Positions 9,732-18,418 of a DNA stretch of 64,000 bases are shown here, piece after piece. The DNA lies in the NCBI GenBank assembly GCA_016209015.1, contig JACQWY010000028.1, positions 13,356-77,355 on the forward strand. Direction: 5' to 3'. Origin of the DNA: Gammaproteobacteria bacterium. Its GTDB lineage: Bacteria; Pseudomonadota; Gammaproteobacteria; Ga0077536. The first letter of the stretch is position 1, and every line of letters starts with the position of its first letter. A model generated the notes under the pieces. That model saw nothing but the letters and a program-made list of their open reading frames with translations, ran no database searches and had not been told where the DNA came from. Position numbers and translations under genes: made by a program.

Positions 9732-10063
9732 TTCCCGGCCTCCTCCAGTGCGGCGCCACGAATCGTCCCGAGTGCAATATGTGCGCATGTGCTGATAGCT
9801 TGATACTCTCCGTTTCGAATAGCCTGCGGGGTTTCTGGGTCCATGCTGCAATCACGTTTAAGCGCCTCTGCCATTCGGGCGCAGGTTAGGAGCGCTGCGC
9901 GCAGGGCATCGCATCTCTGTTCAAGCTCCACAACTCGCGCATGCAGTGCGAGAATGGCGGCTCGCGCATCACTGAATGCGTACATCATCGCAGCTTCACT
10001 TTGTCGAGCCATCGCTGCGGGCACGCAGTCGCGCCACTGTTCGATAGTGCGTTGTAATTTCAT
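9728..10063 (-). CDS. phage hypothetical coiled-coil protein
   Basis: MKLQRTIEQW...; ends AALEEAGK. Confidence 0.6.
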   Translation of the reverse strand: MKLQRTIEQWRDCVPAAMARQSEAAMMYAFSDARAAILALHARVVELEQRCDALRAALLTCARMAEALKRDCSMDPETPQAIRNGEYQAISTCAHIALGTIRGAALEEAGK

Positions 10064-10329
10064 TTCACGGACTCCTCCAGTGCGGCGCTTAGTGTTTCCC
10101 ACGCGTGTCGCACGTGGATATTGTTATGGCCGATCCATGTCCAACCTGTGCCAGCCCAGTAACGGCACTTCTCTAAGTCATGTTGCGCTTGATCAATCGC
10201 CGCGTGCAGGGCATCGCGTTCCTGTTCAAGCTCTGTGATGCGGGTGTCTTTCTCGCACTCTCGGCACGGCGTTCCCGGATCGCGCAGCTCGCCATGGCCG
10301 AGCGGGCAGATTGTTCTATGCAGGCTCAT
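10060..10329 (-). CDS. phage hypothetical coiled-coil protein
   Basis: ELEQERDALHAA; ends AALEESVK. Confidence 0.55.
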   Translation of the reverse strand: MSLHRTICPLGHGELRDPGTPCRECEKDTRITELEQERDALHAAIDQAQHDLEKCRYWAGTGWTWIGHNNIHVRHAWETLSAALEESVK

Positions 10330-10628
10330 TTCGTTTCGCTCCCCGTTGCGCTCACGGCGCGGCTTCCGTCTCGAGGTCGCGGATCTGGAGCAACGTCTCG
10401 TAGCTCTCGTGCTCGAGCTTCAGCCTGAGCAAGATGTTGTCGAGCTCCGGTCCGCCGGTCTCGTGGAGATGCCCGAGCGTGATGCCGAGATAGAATGCGG
10501 TCTCTACGGACTCGCGGGATATGGGGGTGCTGCTCATCGTGTCACTCCTTCGATGGGGGCAAAGAGCTTCTGATACTCGTCCCAGCGGCGCGCTTTCTCG
10601 CGGATCCGTGCTTACTCGACCTTCGCGC

Positions 10629-11000
10629 TCACGCGGCACCGTCCAGGACCTTGCGCATCAGCGCGTAGGTCTTCGGAGCCTCCCGCCTCCGGCACCAGTC
10701 GTAGCCAACTTCGTCGAGAAATTGCGCTTCTATGCGGTCCCAGTGCTGGATAATCGCCGCCCACTCCTTAGAGAGCTTCGCGATGGTGTAGAAGTGCTGG
10801 CGAGCCTCGGGCACGGCAGCCACAAACTTGAGGCAACGGTTGAAGTCCGCGGGGTCATGCGGGTAATCGATGCGGCGAGCGCCGAGGGGGGTCCCTACGA
10901 TCGCTAATGCCATCGTCAATGCCATCGTCTCGGACGATAGGCCGCGATCGCCGGTGGCGAGCCACGCCATGATCTTCGGTAGCAGTGTGGTGTTGTCCAT
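10629..11000 (-). CDS. conserved phage hypothetical protein
   Basis: WLATGDRGLSSETM...YPHDPADFNRCLKFVAAVPE; RBS GGAGG. Confidence 0.7.
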   Translation of the reverse strand: MDNTTLLPKIMAWLATGDRGLSSETMALTMALAIVGTPLGARRIDYPHDPADFNRCLKFVAAVPEARQHFYTIAKLSKEWAAIIQHWDRIEAQFLDEVGYDWCRRREAPKTYALMRKVLDGAA

Positions 11001-11431
11001 CAACCCTCCTGCGCCCACTTCGCTTCGGATCTTGCGATGGCGAGGGCGGCGACGTCCTTTTCCTGGACCGCCCACATCGGATGCTGACTGTCGTTGTTAG
11101 CCCATACCGCGCGCGCGATGTCGGCAGCCGCGCGCGCGATGTCGTTGACCTGTTCTCGCGTGAAGGCGGCTTCCGGAGCGCTGTGGAGCACGCTCACGAC
11201 GTCCGTGTGCATCGGAAATCCCGGATCGACGATTGCATTAGCGATGGCGGCATCGAGCAGGTCGTACGCCTGCCCGTAGAGCCGTCCTGACTCAGAGATA
11301 TGGGCCAGGGCGAGAATCGCGTGACGCGATGCGGCGAGCAGGATGTCATGCTGGGCGCGGAGCCTCATCATCATGTAGATCCACTCGCGTGGCACTTCGA
11401 CTGTGAAGTCTAGAGTCTTGTCGGTTTCCAT
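11000..11431 (-). CDS. phage hypothetical protein
   Basis: RBS GGAGGA, coupled to next gene. Confidence 0.65.
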   Translation of the reverse strand: METDKTLDFTVEVPREWIYMMMRLRAQHDILLAASRHAILALAHISESGRLYGQAYDLLDAAIANAIVDPGFPMHTDVVSVLHSAPEAAFTREQVNDIARAAADIARAVWANNDSQHPMWAVQEKDVAALAIARSEAKWAQEG

Positions 11432-11440
11432 CGGTCCTCC

Positions 11441-11480
11441 AAAAAGAGCCCGCCCGGAGTGCAGTATGCAGGGGCGGGCT
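11441..11480 (-). terminator. intrinsic terminator in early-left operon
   Basis: AGCCCGCCC...GGGCGGGCT stem followed by CTTTTT on minus strand. Confidence 0.6.
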
Positions 11481-11486
11481 AAGCCC

Positions 11487-11768
11487 TCAGTGATCGGCGA
11501 GCGCGCCGGCGACGTTCTTCGCGGGCTCGACGAAATCGATCGTGTTCGCGAGCTGGCGCAGCAACATCGCGATGCGCTCGCGCGGACCCCAGAACGTGAT
11601 CGCCGTGCGGTCGTCGTCGTCGGGGCGGTCGTGCAGCGCGGCCGGAGATTTCAGGAAGAGTCGCGCACCGTGATAGGTGATGCCGGTCTCGGCGGTCTTC
11701 GTGATGTGCTGCACGCAGCGATCCATGGAACCCTCCGGCAGTTCTTCGGCGTAGACGTTGATTCTCAT
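11487..11768 (-). CDS. phage hypothetical protein
   Basis: MRINVYAEEL...DDDDRTAITFWG; RBS GAGGA. Confidence 0.65.
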   Translation of the reverse strand: MRINVYAEELPEGSMDRCVQHITKTAETGITYHGARLFLKSPAALHDRPDDDDRTAITFWGPRERIAMLLRQLANTIDFVEPAKNVAGALADH

Positions 11769-11998
11769 CGTGGTTTCCTCGTCGTGTTGTGGTGGTCAAA
11801 TCGAGAGCAAGGTCCCGAGGTCGTGCTCCATCGGGACGCAGTGGTAATCGCGCACTAGCTGCATCGCCATGTACTGCCGGCCCGCGGCGTCGCACGTGTC
11901 CGCCGTGGGCCAGTGCAGGCCCGCGACCTGCGGCGTGAAATAGTTCTGTGCGGGCTCGCGCAGCATCAGCACGAGAACCCAGTGCGCCAGGTTCGCGC

Positions 11999-12223
11999 TC
12001 ACTGCAGGAGCTCCACGTCCTCGTGCTCGAACACGCCTATCTCCGCGCCGCGGCGGTATTCGGGATTGCGGACCATGAAGACGATGTCCGGAGCCGCCGG
12101 GTCGTGGTAAATGCGCGAAATCGTCGCGACGCCGCCCGGGTATTCACCCATCGGCTGCGTGCGGATGCGCAGGCCCACGACGTCTCCATGACGCGCTAGC
12201 AGAAGATCTCTTGCTGTCATCAC
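11999..12223 (-). CDS. phage hypothetical protein
   Basis: coupled small ORF in leftward operon. Confidence 0.5.
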   Translation of the reverse strand: MMTARDLLLARHGDVVGLRIRTQPMGEYPGGVATISRIYHDPAAPDIVFMVRNPEYRRGAEIGVFEHEDVELLQ

Positions 12224-12317
12224 TTCATCCTCAAATGGCGGGCCCCGCCCGGTTCCAGGATCACACTCGCCCCTGCGCGTCGAACCATAAAACGCGCTAC
12301 CGGACAGGGCCCATTGA

Positions 12318-13283
12318 TCATTGCGGGAACTCCCGCACTCTCAAATCTTCTGGCCACTCGTCCGGATCTCCGCCTTTGCGGTCCTTGAGGAGTGGGCCGT
12401 GGATATACATGCCGCCGAGTTGCCAGCGCGAGCCGAGTTGCTTGACGAACACCGGCACGTTCGCGGCCTTGCATTGCTCCACGATCGATTGGACCCAATC
12501 GACGTTGCACACACGCGCGCCGGGTCCGCTCTCGCCACCGACGATGACCCAGTCGATTGTCGCGTGCTCATTGAAGAACCGATCCTCGTCTCCCCTCCGC
12601 AAGCAATTAATCAAGCCGGGCGTCGTGATCGTGATGTTGTATTCCGGCGGAAGCTGAACGCACGTGAAATTTATCGGCGCGAGCAGCGGCTCCGCACTAA
12701 CAAAGCGCACGGCGGCGGGCGTCTGCAGCAGCAGCGGAATGCGCTCGTCGGCGGTCTCCTGATCCTCGCAGCTCACGCCGAGCCACAGATTCTTGAGCAC
12801 CGCCGGGCGCTGCCCGTCATCGTCCAAGTACAGCGCCGACTCGGTTTCCGAGCGCGGATTGAACCTGAAGCGCAGCCGAGACAGGAAATCCCGCATGCGC
12901 TCCGGGCGCTTCGTCAGGACTTGAAAGGTGTGCTCGCCTTCGCCGTCGCCGAGTTTCCCAACGTTCGAGCCGCCGTCGTATGACGTGCGGCGAATGATGT
13001 CGAGCACTTCGAGGATGAACGTGTCCGGCACGTCTGCATGGAAGAGGTCTGACATGCTGTTGACGAACACCCGCCGCGGCCGGCGCCAGCGGAGAGGCTG
13101 GTCGAGGCGGTCGGGGTGCGTCCGCACGTCGGTGAACTTGCGTCCAGGGTAGGGGCGCGGGAACACGCGTTCGGCATAGCAGTTCTTGCAGCCGGCGCTG
13201 ACCTTCGAGCAGCCCGTGACGGGGTTCCACGTTTCACCCGGGCGGCCATCATCACCGCGAGTCCACTCTATTTTCGTTGCCAC
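12318..13283 (-). CDS. DUF5131 (phage Gp37/Gp68) family protein
   Basis: TKIEWT...TWNPVTGCSKVSAGCKNCYA, VFVNSMSDLFH, WVIVGGESG, VREFP. Confidence 0.9.
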   Translation of the reverse strand: MATKIEWTRGDDGRPGETWNPVTGCSKVSAGCKNCYAERVFPRPYPGRKFTDVRTHPDRLDQPLRWRRPRRVFVNSMSDLFHADVPDTFILEVLDIIRRTSYDGGSNVGKLGDGEGEHTFQVLTKRPERMRDFLSRLRFRFNPRSETESALYLDDDGQRPAVLKNLWLGVSCEDQETADERIPLLLQTPAAVRFVSAEPLLAPINFTCVQLPPEYNITITTPGLINCLRRGDEDRFFNEHATIDWVIVGGESGPGARVCNVDWVQSIVEQCKAANVPVFVKQLGSRWQLGGMYIHGPLLKDRKGGDPDEWPEDLRVREFPQ

Positions 13284-13285
13284 GA

Positions 13286-13612
13286 TCAGAACGCCTTGCC
13301 GCCGTGCTTGTATGATCGACGCTCGTTGTAGGCGGCCTTCGCAAGAACCGCCTCGCCGACGCGCAGCCCGCGCGCCTTCCCGAAATCCATGATGCGAATG
13401 ATTACGTCCGCCATTTCCGCCTCGACGGCCGAAAACTCCGGGATATGGTCGTCCGGCGGATTCCCGTGGCGCAGCCCTTCGAGGGCCTCCGAGAGCTCCG
13501 AGTGCATGAGGGCGATGATCTCGCCGTCGTTGCGCGGCTTGTCCCACCAACCCTTTTCGATGGCCGTCGCGCGGACCTGCGCCGACATCGTTTCCCAAGC
13601 GTGTACGAACAT
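13286..13612 (-). CDS. MazG-like NTP pyrophosphohydrolase
   Basis: ALMHSELSEALE...EAEMADVIIRIMD...YNERRSYKHGGK. Confidence 0.8.
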   Translation of the reverse strand: MFVHAWETMSAQVRATAIEKGWWDKPRNDGEIIALMHSELSEALEGLRHGNPPDDHIPEFSAVEAEMADVIIRIMDFGKARGLRVGEAVLAKAAYNERRSYKHGGKAF

Positions 13613-13613
13613 G

Positions 13614-13739
13614 CTATTTCCCCCTCGTGTCTGACATCGCGCGCTCGTCGTTCACAGCGACGGCAATGTCGTAGGCCGCGTGCGCGGCGCAGTAGAGAAG
13701 CGCCGCCATCGCCGCGGCGATGAGAATCCTCTTCAACAT
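13614..13739 (-). CDS. small membrane peptide (41 aa)
   Basis: RBS AAGGAGG; MLKRILIAAAMAALLYCAAHAAY. Confidence 0.5.
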   Translation of the reverse strand: MLKRILIAAAMAALLYCAAHAAYDIAVAVNDERAMSDTRGK

Positions 13740-13754
13740 TGGAAGCCTCCTTGG

Positions 13755-14534
13755 CTACGCCGCGTTGAGCACTTTCAGGATGCGGGTCGTGTTGAACGTC
13801 CGGCGCTCGCCGCGCAACAGGCAATGCCCGTGGAACATGATGTCCGGGCTATCGAGCTTCCCGGCCCAGCCGTAGGGGATGATGCTGCGCTCCGTCATGC
13901 CTCCCTTGGCGTCCTCGTAGGTGAACGCGAAGGGCGCGCCGGATTTGATGAGGTCCGGGAAATTCATCGAATCAGAACAGGTCCACGACGTGAATTCGTG
14001 CGTCGGGCACCAGGGTTCCGGAGCCGCCGTGGTGAGCTCGCGGGCGAGCATGAAGTACTGGCGGCACGCGTCCGCATCGTGCATCGCGCGGTGCGGCTTG
14101 CCGGGCGCTGAGATCTGGTAGTGATCGATGAGCGTCTCGAGCTTGTTGTCTCGCGTGGCCTTGATGCGCTTCGCCATCGCGCACGTGTCGATGATGAGAT
14201 TCTCGGGGTAGCGCAGGCCGGCATATCCGAGAGCCCACGACGCGATTTGAATATCGAACGGCGCGTAGTGCGCGATCAGAATGGCCTGGGGGTCGATCCA
14301 GTCGAGGAACGCGTGCGCGACGGCCGTGAAGGTCTCGGCGGTGCGCACCATCTCGTCGGTGATGCCGTGGACCTGCGTGGTGTCCGAGGGGATCGGCATC
14401 TGGGGGTCGATGAGGCATTCGAAACCATTCGTGATGGCCCCGTCCTCGGTGAATTCGAGCATCGCGAGCTCGACGGGGCGCGAACCTGGCTCGGTGCCGG
14501 TGGTCTCGAAATCGAAAGCAACGTACTTCTGCAT
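13755..14534 (-). CDS. DEDDh 3'-5' exonuclease fused to C-terminal WYL-like domain
   Basis: FDFETTG, AHYAPFD, HRAMHDA; FTYEDAKGGMTERSIIP...GHCLLRGERRTF. Confidence 0.85.
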   Translation of the reverse strand: MQKYVAFDFETTGTEPGSRPVELAMLEFTEDGAITNGFECLIDPQMPIPSDTTQVHGITDEMVRTAETFTAVAHAFLDWIDPQAILIAHYAPFDIQIASWALGYAGLRYPENLIIDTCAMAKRIKATRDNKLETLIDHYQISAPGKPHRAMHDADACRQYFMLARELTTAAPEPWCPTHEFTSWTCSDSMNFPDLIKSGAPFAFTYEDAKGGMTERSIIPYGWAGKLDSPDIMFHGHCLLRGERRTFNTTRILKVLNAA

Positions 14535-14622
14535 GACTGAACTCCTATGTGAGGGGTCCCCGGGGATGCTCGCTAGCCGGGGTGTGGGGGTAGCATCACG
14601 AGCGGGGGACCCCGGGGACTCT

Positions 14623-15609
14623 TTACCGGCGCGACGAGCGCGCGATTCGGTCGTTCTTGGCCTCGAAGCCCGGAAGCGCGAAGAATTGCTTCTGCGCCTT
14701 CGCGAGCTTGTTGACGGCCTTCATGTTCACGTTGAGGTAGGCGACGAACTCCGGGCGCTCTGCGATCTGCGCGGCAATCGCCTTGATGGTTGCGCCCTCG
14801 TCCATCTCGCCGCTCGGCGTGAGCAGCTTCGGCACGGCAACCCAGTTGGCGGCGAGCCCGAAGTCCGCGGCGGTCGTCACGACCGGAGCCGGCATCGTGG
14901 CGTTGCTCGTGGCGTGGGCCTCGAGTTCGATCTGCGTCGCCTTAAATTCCGCGCTCTCGACCTTCGCGGCTGCGGCTTCGGTGCGCTTTGCAGCTTCGGC
15001 GGCGGCAGCCTGCGCGGCCTGCTCGGCCTTGCGTGCTTCTTTCGCGTTGCCCTCATCGCGCAGGCGCTGGGCCTCGGCTTCCTTCTCGCGGCGCTCGCGC
15101 TCGGCCTCCGCGGCCTTCGCGCGCTCGTCGGCTGCCGCCTGATCAGCGCGCGCTCGCTCGGCCGCGGCCCGCCGCTCTGCCTCCTGGCGGATGCGGCGCT
15201 GCTCGGCTTCGTGCGCCGCCTGCTCCTTCTGGACGCGGTCTTCCTCGTACTCTGTCCACTGCTTGAGCACCCCCTTGTAGTGGGCTTCGGCTTCGAGGTT
15301 CGCATTGATCGCGGGGTCGAAGAGCGCGGCGGCCTGTTCGATGATGGCCTTCGCTGGCTGCACGAACCCAGTCTTGAGCTTCTTCAGCCGGTCGATCGTG
15401 GTCTTCGTGTCGACGAGCGCGTCGTTCGCGAACGAAACGAGCGGCCGGAAGTCTTCCGGGTCTTTCGGATCGAACTGGTAGACGCGAGCGAGCTCGAGCG
15501 CGGTCGTTTCGTTCTTGAGCGTCTTGGCCTGCTCGGCGGGAAGCACGAGCTCAACGCTGAATTTCGGGGTTTCGATGATGTCGTTCTCAATGGATTGCGG
15601 GGCGCCCAT
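14623..15609 (-). CDS. coiled-coil phage protein of recombination module
   Basis: long Ala/Glu/Arg-rich helix; follows nuclease gene. Confidence 0.7.
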   Translation of the reverse strand: MGAPQSIENDIIETPKFSVELVLPAEQAKTLKNETTALELARVYQFDPKDPEDFRPLVSFANDALVDTKTTIDRLKKLKTGFVQPAKAIIEQAAALFDPAINANLEAEAHYKGVLKQWTEYEEDRVQKEQAAHEAEQRRIRQEAERRAAAERARADQAAADERAKAAEAERERREKEAEAQRLRDEGNAKEARKAEQAAQAAAAEAAKRTEAAAAKVESAEFKATQIELEAHATSNATMPAPVVTTAADFGLAANWVAVPKLLTPSGEMDEGATIKAIAAQIAERPEFVAYLNVNMKAVNKLAKAQKQFFALPGFEAKNDRIARSSRR

Positions 15610-16210
15610 AGGCTTTCTCCTTCCAACGGTGGAGGCTCAGTGCAGCGAGCCATGCTTGGAAATCTTCGGGGTCTGGATAGGGCTCCAGCCGGTAGAGCCC
15701 ATCGGCTCTGAGCTGGAGCGCGAAACGGTTCTTCGCGACGACGCGCTCGTCCGGGTGGCAATCCTGGTTGTGCGCGAATGTGTAGGCCGCGGTCTGGAGC
15801 CCGATGGCCGGCCCGGCAAAGAACGACCGCTTGATGTCGATCAGGGCCACGCCCTTCACCTTCTTGAGGCGCGGCGCCTCGCCGGTGATGTCGAGCGTGC
15901 CCGCGTAGCGCAGGCGATGGTGATAGACGAGGCGTTCCGAGTAGTGGACGACGAACCCCGTCTCTTCGATGAAGCGGAGCAGCGCGGCGTAGCGCGGACG
16001 CATCCAGTCAGGCAGCGCGTCGACGTCGAGGTCGCCCGTGAAGTGGAGCTCGGCCATCTTGTGGATCGCCGTGCCTTCCTGCTGGGCGTTCGTGAGCACG
16101 TCCGCCGGGATCTTGTCGTAGCTCGTGAGCGATTCGAGCACGCGCGTTACGTTCACGACGGGCTGTCCGTCCCAGTAGTACTGGTGCGGGCCGGGGTCGA
16201 AGGTCAGCAC
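15587..16210 (-). CDS. PD-(D/E)XK family phage exonuclease
   Basis: VLTFDPGPHQY...GTAIH...YAGTLD...LIDIK...LQTAAY. Confidence 0.8.
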   Translation of the reverse strand: MLTFDPGPHQYYWDGQPVVNVTRVLESLTSYDKIPADVLTNAQQEGTAIHKMAELHFTGDLDVDALPDWMRPRYAALLRFIEETGFVVHYSERLVYHHRLRYAGTLDITGEAPRLKKVKGVALIDIKRSFFAGPAIGLQTAAYTFAHNQDCHPDERVVAKNRFALQLRADGLYRLEPYPDPEDFQAWLAALSLHRWKEKAYGRPAIH

Positions 16211-16521
16211 GGCGGCGTGGCCTCCTTCCGAATCATCATCAGGATCACAGTGCCGATGCGATCTCGCGCCTCGAAGCCGAGCCGCATGATTTTGTCGTGG
16301 AACCCGAACGCGTGGCCCATCGGCATCACGCGCTCGAGCTGCACCATCAGCGGAATGAACCCTGTTTCGTCCGTGGGCGTGACGAGCGTCGCCGCCAGGA
16401 TGTACGCGTCGGTGAGCGGCGTCTTTTCGTTCCGCCGGCACCAGTCGAGGATCGCCTCAAGTTCCTCCGGGTCGCGGCGGAACTTGAACTTTCTGACCCG
16501 CTCGTACGCGCTCTTACTCAT
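16204..16521 (-). CDS. phage hypothetical protein
   Basis: overlaps both neighbours in operon. Confidence 0.55.
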   Translation of the reverse strand: MSKSAYERVRKFKFRRDPEELEAILDWCRRNEKTPLTDAYILAATLVTPTDETGFIPLMVQLERVMPMGHAFGFHDKIMRLGFEARDRIGTVILMMIRKEATPPC

Positions 16522-17515
16522 TGGCCGCGGCCCGCTCTTTGATCCAGGCCATGACCTCCTGCATCTGCCACTGCTGCAGGCCGTCGAGAGGTCCGAATTT
16601 AGCCTCGAGGTCGCGATCGTTCATGGCCGCGCGCTGCATGGTGGCGCGGATGACGCGGAGGTTCCCGTCGGAAATCGGTGCGGTGTTCCGCTCCGCGGCC
16701 GGCTTATCGTTGCTGTGCGAGGCGCCATTCGCGTGGCCGTTTCCGTTCGACTCCGAACGCGCTCGGGGCTGCTCGACCGTGCGGCCCTGCGTCGCGCGCT
16801 CGCCGCGGTCCTGGTTCTCGCGTGCGGCCTCGTAGGTGTTGCCGGCCATGAACTCGTCCGGCGTCTCGTCGTCCGGCGCGAATATATCGGAAGCGGCAGT
16901 CGCGCTCAGGATCGCGTCGAGGTAGGCCCGCTTCTTCGCGATCTTCAGGCACGTGTTGTAGTAGTCGGCCGGGTTGTCGTGCTCGATTTTCTGGAAGATG
17001 TACCAGCCCTGCTTCTGATCCACGTAGGCTTTGCGCGCCACGAACGTCGGGCCACCGAGCAGCGCGAGGTCGCGCGTGTCCCAATACGCCGACGGGACCT
17101 TTTCTTTTGTGTTCTCCCAGCGGAACCGATACTTGGACTCGAGCGTCGAGCACGAGCCCACGCCTTCGGCGATGAAGCGATCGGTGTGGCGCTGGGTGAG
17201 CAGGCAGCGGACGTCATACTCGCGATGCCCGGCTTTGAAATTCTCGACCTTGATGTCGAAGCGCGGCGCGAAGTTGAAGAGCATGCCGAGCTTCTGAGCG
17301 CCAGCCTGATAGAGCACCGGCTTGTCTCCGCAGCCCGGGATCGTGCCGTAGTGGACGCCGGCCTCTATCTCCTTTCCGTTTTCGTACTTGGGCCCGCGAA
17401 GCACGTTCTTCATCATGCTTACCACGAGCCGTATGGCTTGCAGAACTTCCGACACCGTCATCGTCATCGAGAACGTCGGCGCGGACAACGTCGTCAATTC
17501 GTTTTCTTCACTCAT
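16514..17515 (-). CDS. putative single-strand annealing/recombination protein
   Basis: VHYGTIPGCGDKPVL...GAQKL, EGVGSC, NTCLKIAKKRAYLDA; beside exonuclease. Confidence 0.6.
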   Translation of the reverse strand: MSEENELTTLSAPTFSMTMTVSEVLQAIRLVVSMMKNVLRGPKYENGKEIEAGVHYGTIPGCGDKPVLYQAGAQKLGMLFNFAPRFDIKVENFKAGHREYDVRCLLTQRHTDRFIAEGVGSCSTLESKYRFRWENTKEKVPSAYWDTRDLALLGGPTFVARKAYVDQKQGWYIFQKIEHDNPADYYNTCLKIAKKRAYLDAILSATAASDIFAPDDETPDEFMAGNTYEAARENQDRGERATQGRTVEQPRARSESNGNGHANGASHSNDKPAAERNTAPISDGNLRVIRATMQRAAMNDRDLEAKFGPLDGLQQWQMQEVMAWIKERAAANE

Positions 17516-17560
17516 GGGTTAAACGCCCCGTTGCCGGGGCGTTCCTCGTCGTTGATGAAC

Positions 17561-17788
17561 TCAGGCGCGGCTCTTGGTGGCCGCGTCTTCGATGTCGACT
17601 CCGTCCTTGACTGCCGCCGCGACTTCACGCGGGTTGATCGTCTCGACCGCCCAGCCGTGCCGCGCGAGATGCTGGTAGACCTGCGCGGGATTCTGGGCAT
17701 CGACGATCCGGAGCTTCTGGTCCGGGTCGGGCTCGCCGTCCTTCATGGGCACGGCCTTGTACAAGCGCTTTTCTGCGGACTCACTCAT
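17561..17788 (-). CDS. phage hypothetical protein
   Basis: RBS GGAGGA, ATGA-coupled. Confidence 0.6.
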   Translation of the reverse strand: MSESAEKRLYKAVPMKDGEPDPDQKLRIVDAQNPAQVYQHLARHGWAVETINPREVAAAVKDGVDIEDAATKSRA

Positions 17789-17985
17789 CGGTGGTGGTTT
17801 TCCTCCAGGTAGAAAGTGAACGACTTGGGTTTGGCGTCCGGCACAGGCCGAAGCACGCTGGGAAGCACGACTCCGACGCCGAGCACGATGGCGATCGCCA
17901 CGATGCTCCAGCCTCGGCCGTCGAGCGGTTCACGGCGCAGCCACGCGCGTTTGGCGGGTTGCGCGAAATCGGTGTTGAACGTCAC
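17785..17985 (-). CDS. small membrane protein
   Basis: one hydrophobic segment WSIVAIAIVLGVGVVLP. Confidence 0.5.
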   Translation of the reverse strand: MTFNTDFAQPAKRAWLRREPLDGRGWSIVAIAIVLGVGVVLPSVLRPVPDAKPKSFTFYLEENHHR

Positions 17986-18260
17986 GGTGTATCCACCGTG
18001 GATACGAGCACGGCGTCCTCACCGCGCTCCGTCGCCATGAAGTACTGCCAGCCATCACCCGAGGTCCCCGACGACTGCGCCATCAAGCCGAGCTCCACGA
18101 GCTCGTTGAGCGCCGACATCGCATCGGCGTCCGTCGGATCCGCGCAATACCAGTTGCGGAGCGGGCACTGTCCGGTGTCTAGGCCGAGCGTGTGTCGCAG
18201 GATGCGGCGCTGCTCGGACGTGATCTCGATCGCTTCAGTCGTTTCCATCGAGGCCCCCAC
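17982..18260 (-). CDS. phage hypothetical protein, first gene after PL
   Basis: ILRHTLGL...RNWYC...LVELGLM. Confidence 0.6.
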   Translation of the reverse strand: MGASMETTEAIEITSEQRRILRHTLGLDTGQCPLRNWYCADPTDADAMSALNELVELGLMAQSSGTSGDGWQYFMATERGEDAVLVSTVDTP

Positions 18261-18334
18261 GGCTGTTGATGGTTAAAACCCCCGACCCTCACGGGCCGGG
18301 GAATTGGGAGGTCAGAAGCAGGTGCTTCGAGATC

Positions 18335-18377
18335 AACAATAGCAAACGCTACGCGCTGAAGCAATAGCAAACGCTAC
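18335..18377 (-). promoter_or_regulatory. PL promoter with two operators (OL)
   Basis: CAATAGCAAACGCTAC at 18337-18352 and 18362-18377; minus strand TTGCTT-17bp-TATTGT. Confidence 0.75.
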
Positions 18378-18418
18378 CCTCACGGGCGAGCGAACGGAGA
18401 AGCCGGAATCGAAGAGAT

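Noticed and set aside
12236..12312. Canonical tRNA
   Set aside because: No cloverleaf, anticodon arm or correctly placed T loop; kept only as a structured-RNA candidate
15515..17812. 765-aa plus-strand ORF
   Set aside because: Antisense shadow of the recombination genes in high-GC DNA; no motifs
18337..18377. Mini CRISPR array from 16-bp direct repeats
   Set aside because: Only two copies with a 9-bp gap, and the motif recurs at OR; these are operators. No CRISPR array or cas gene seen in the window
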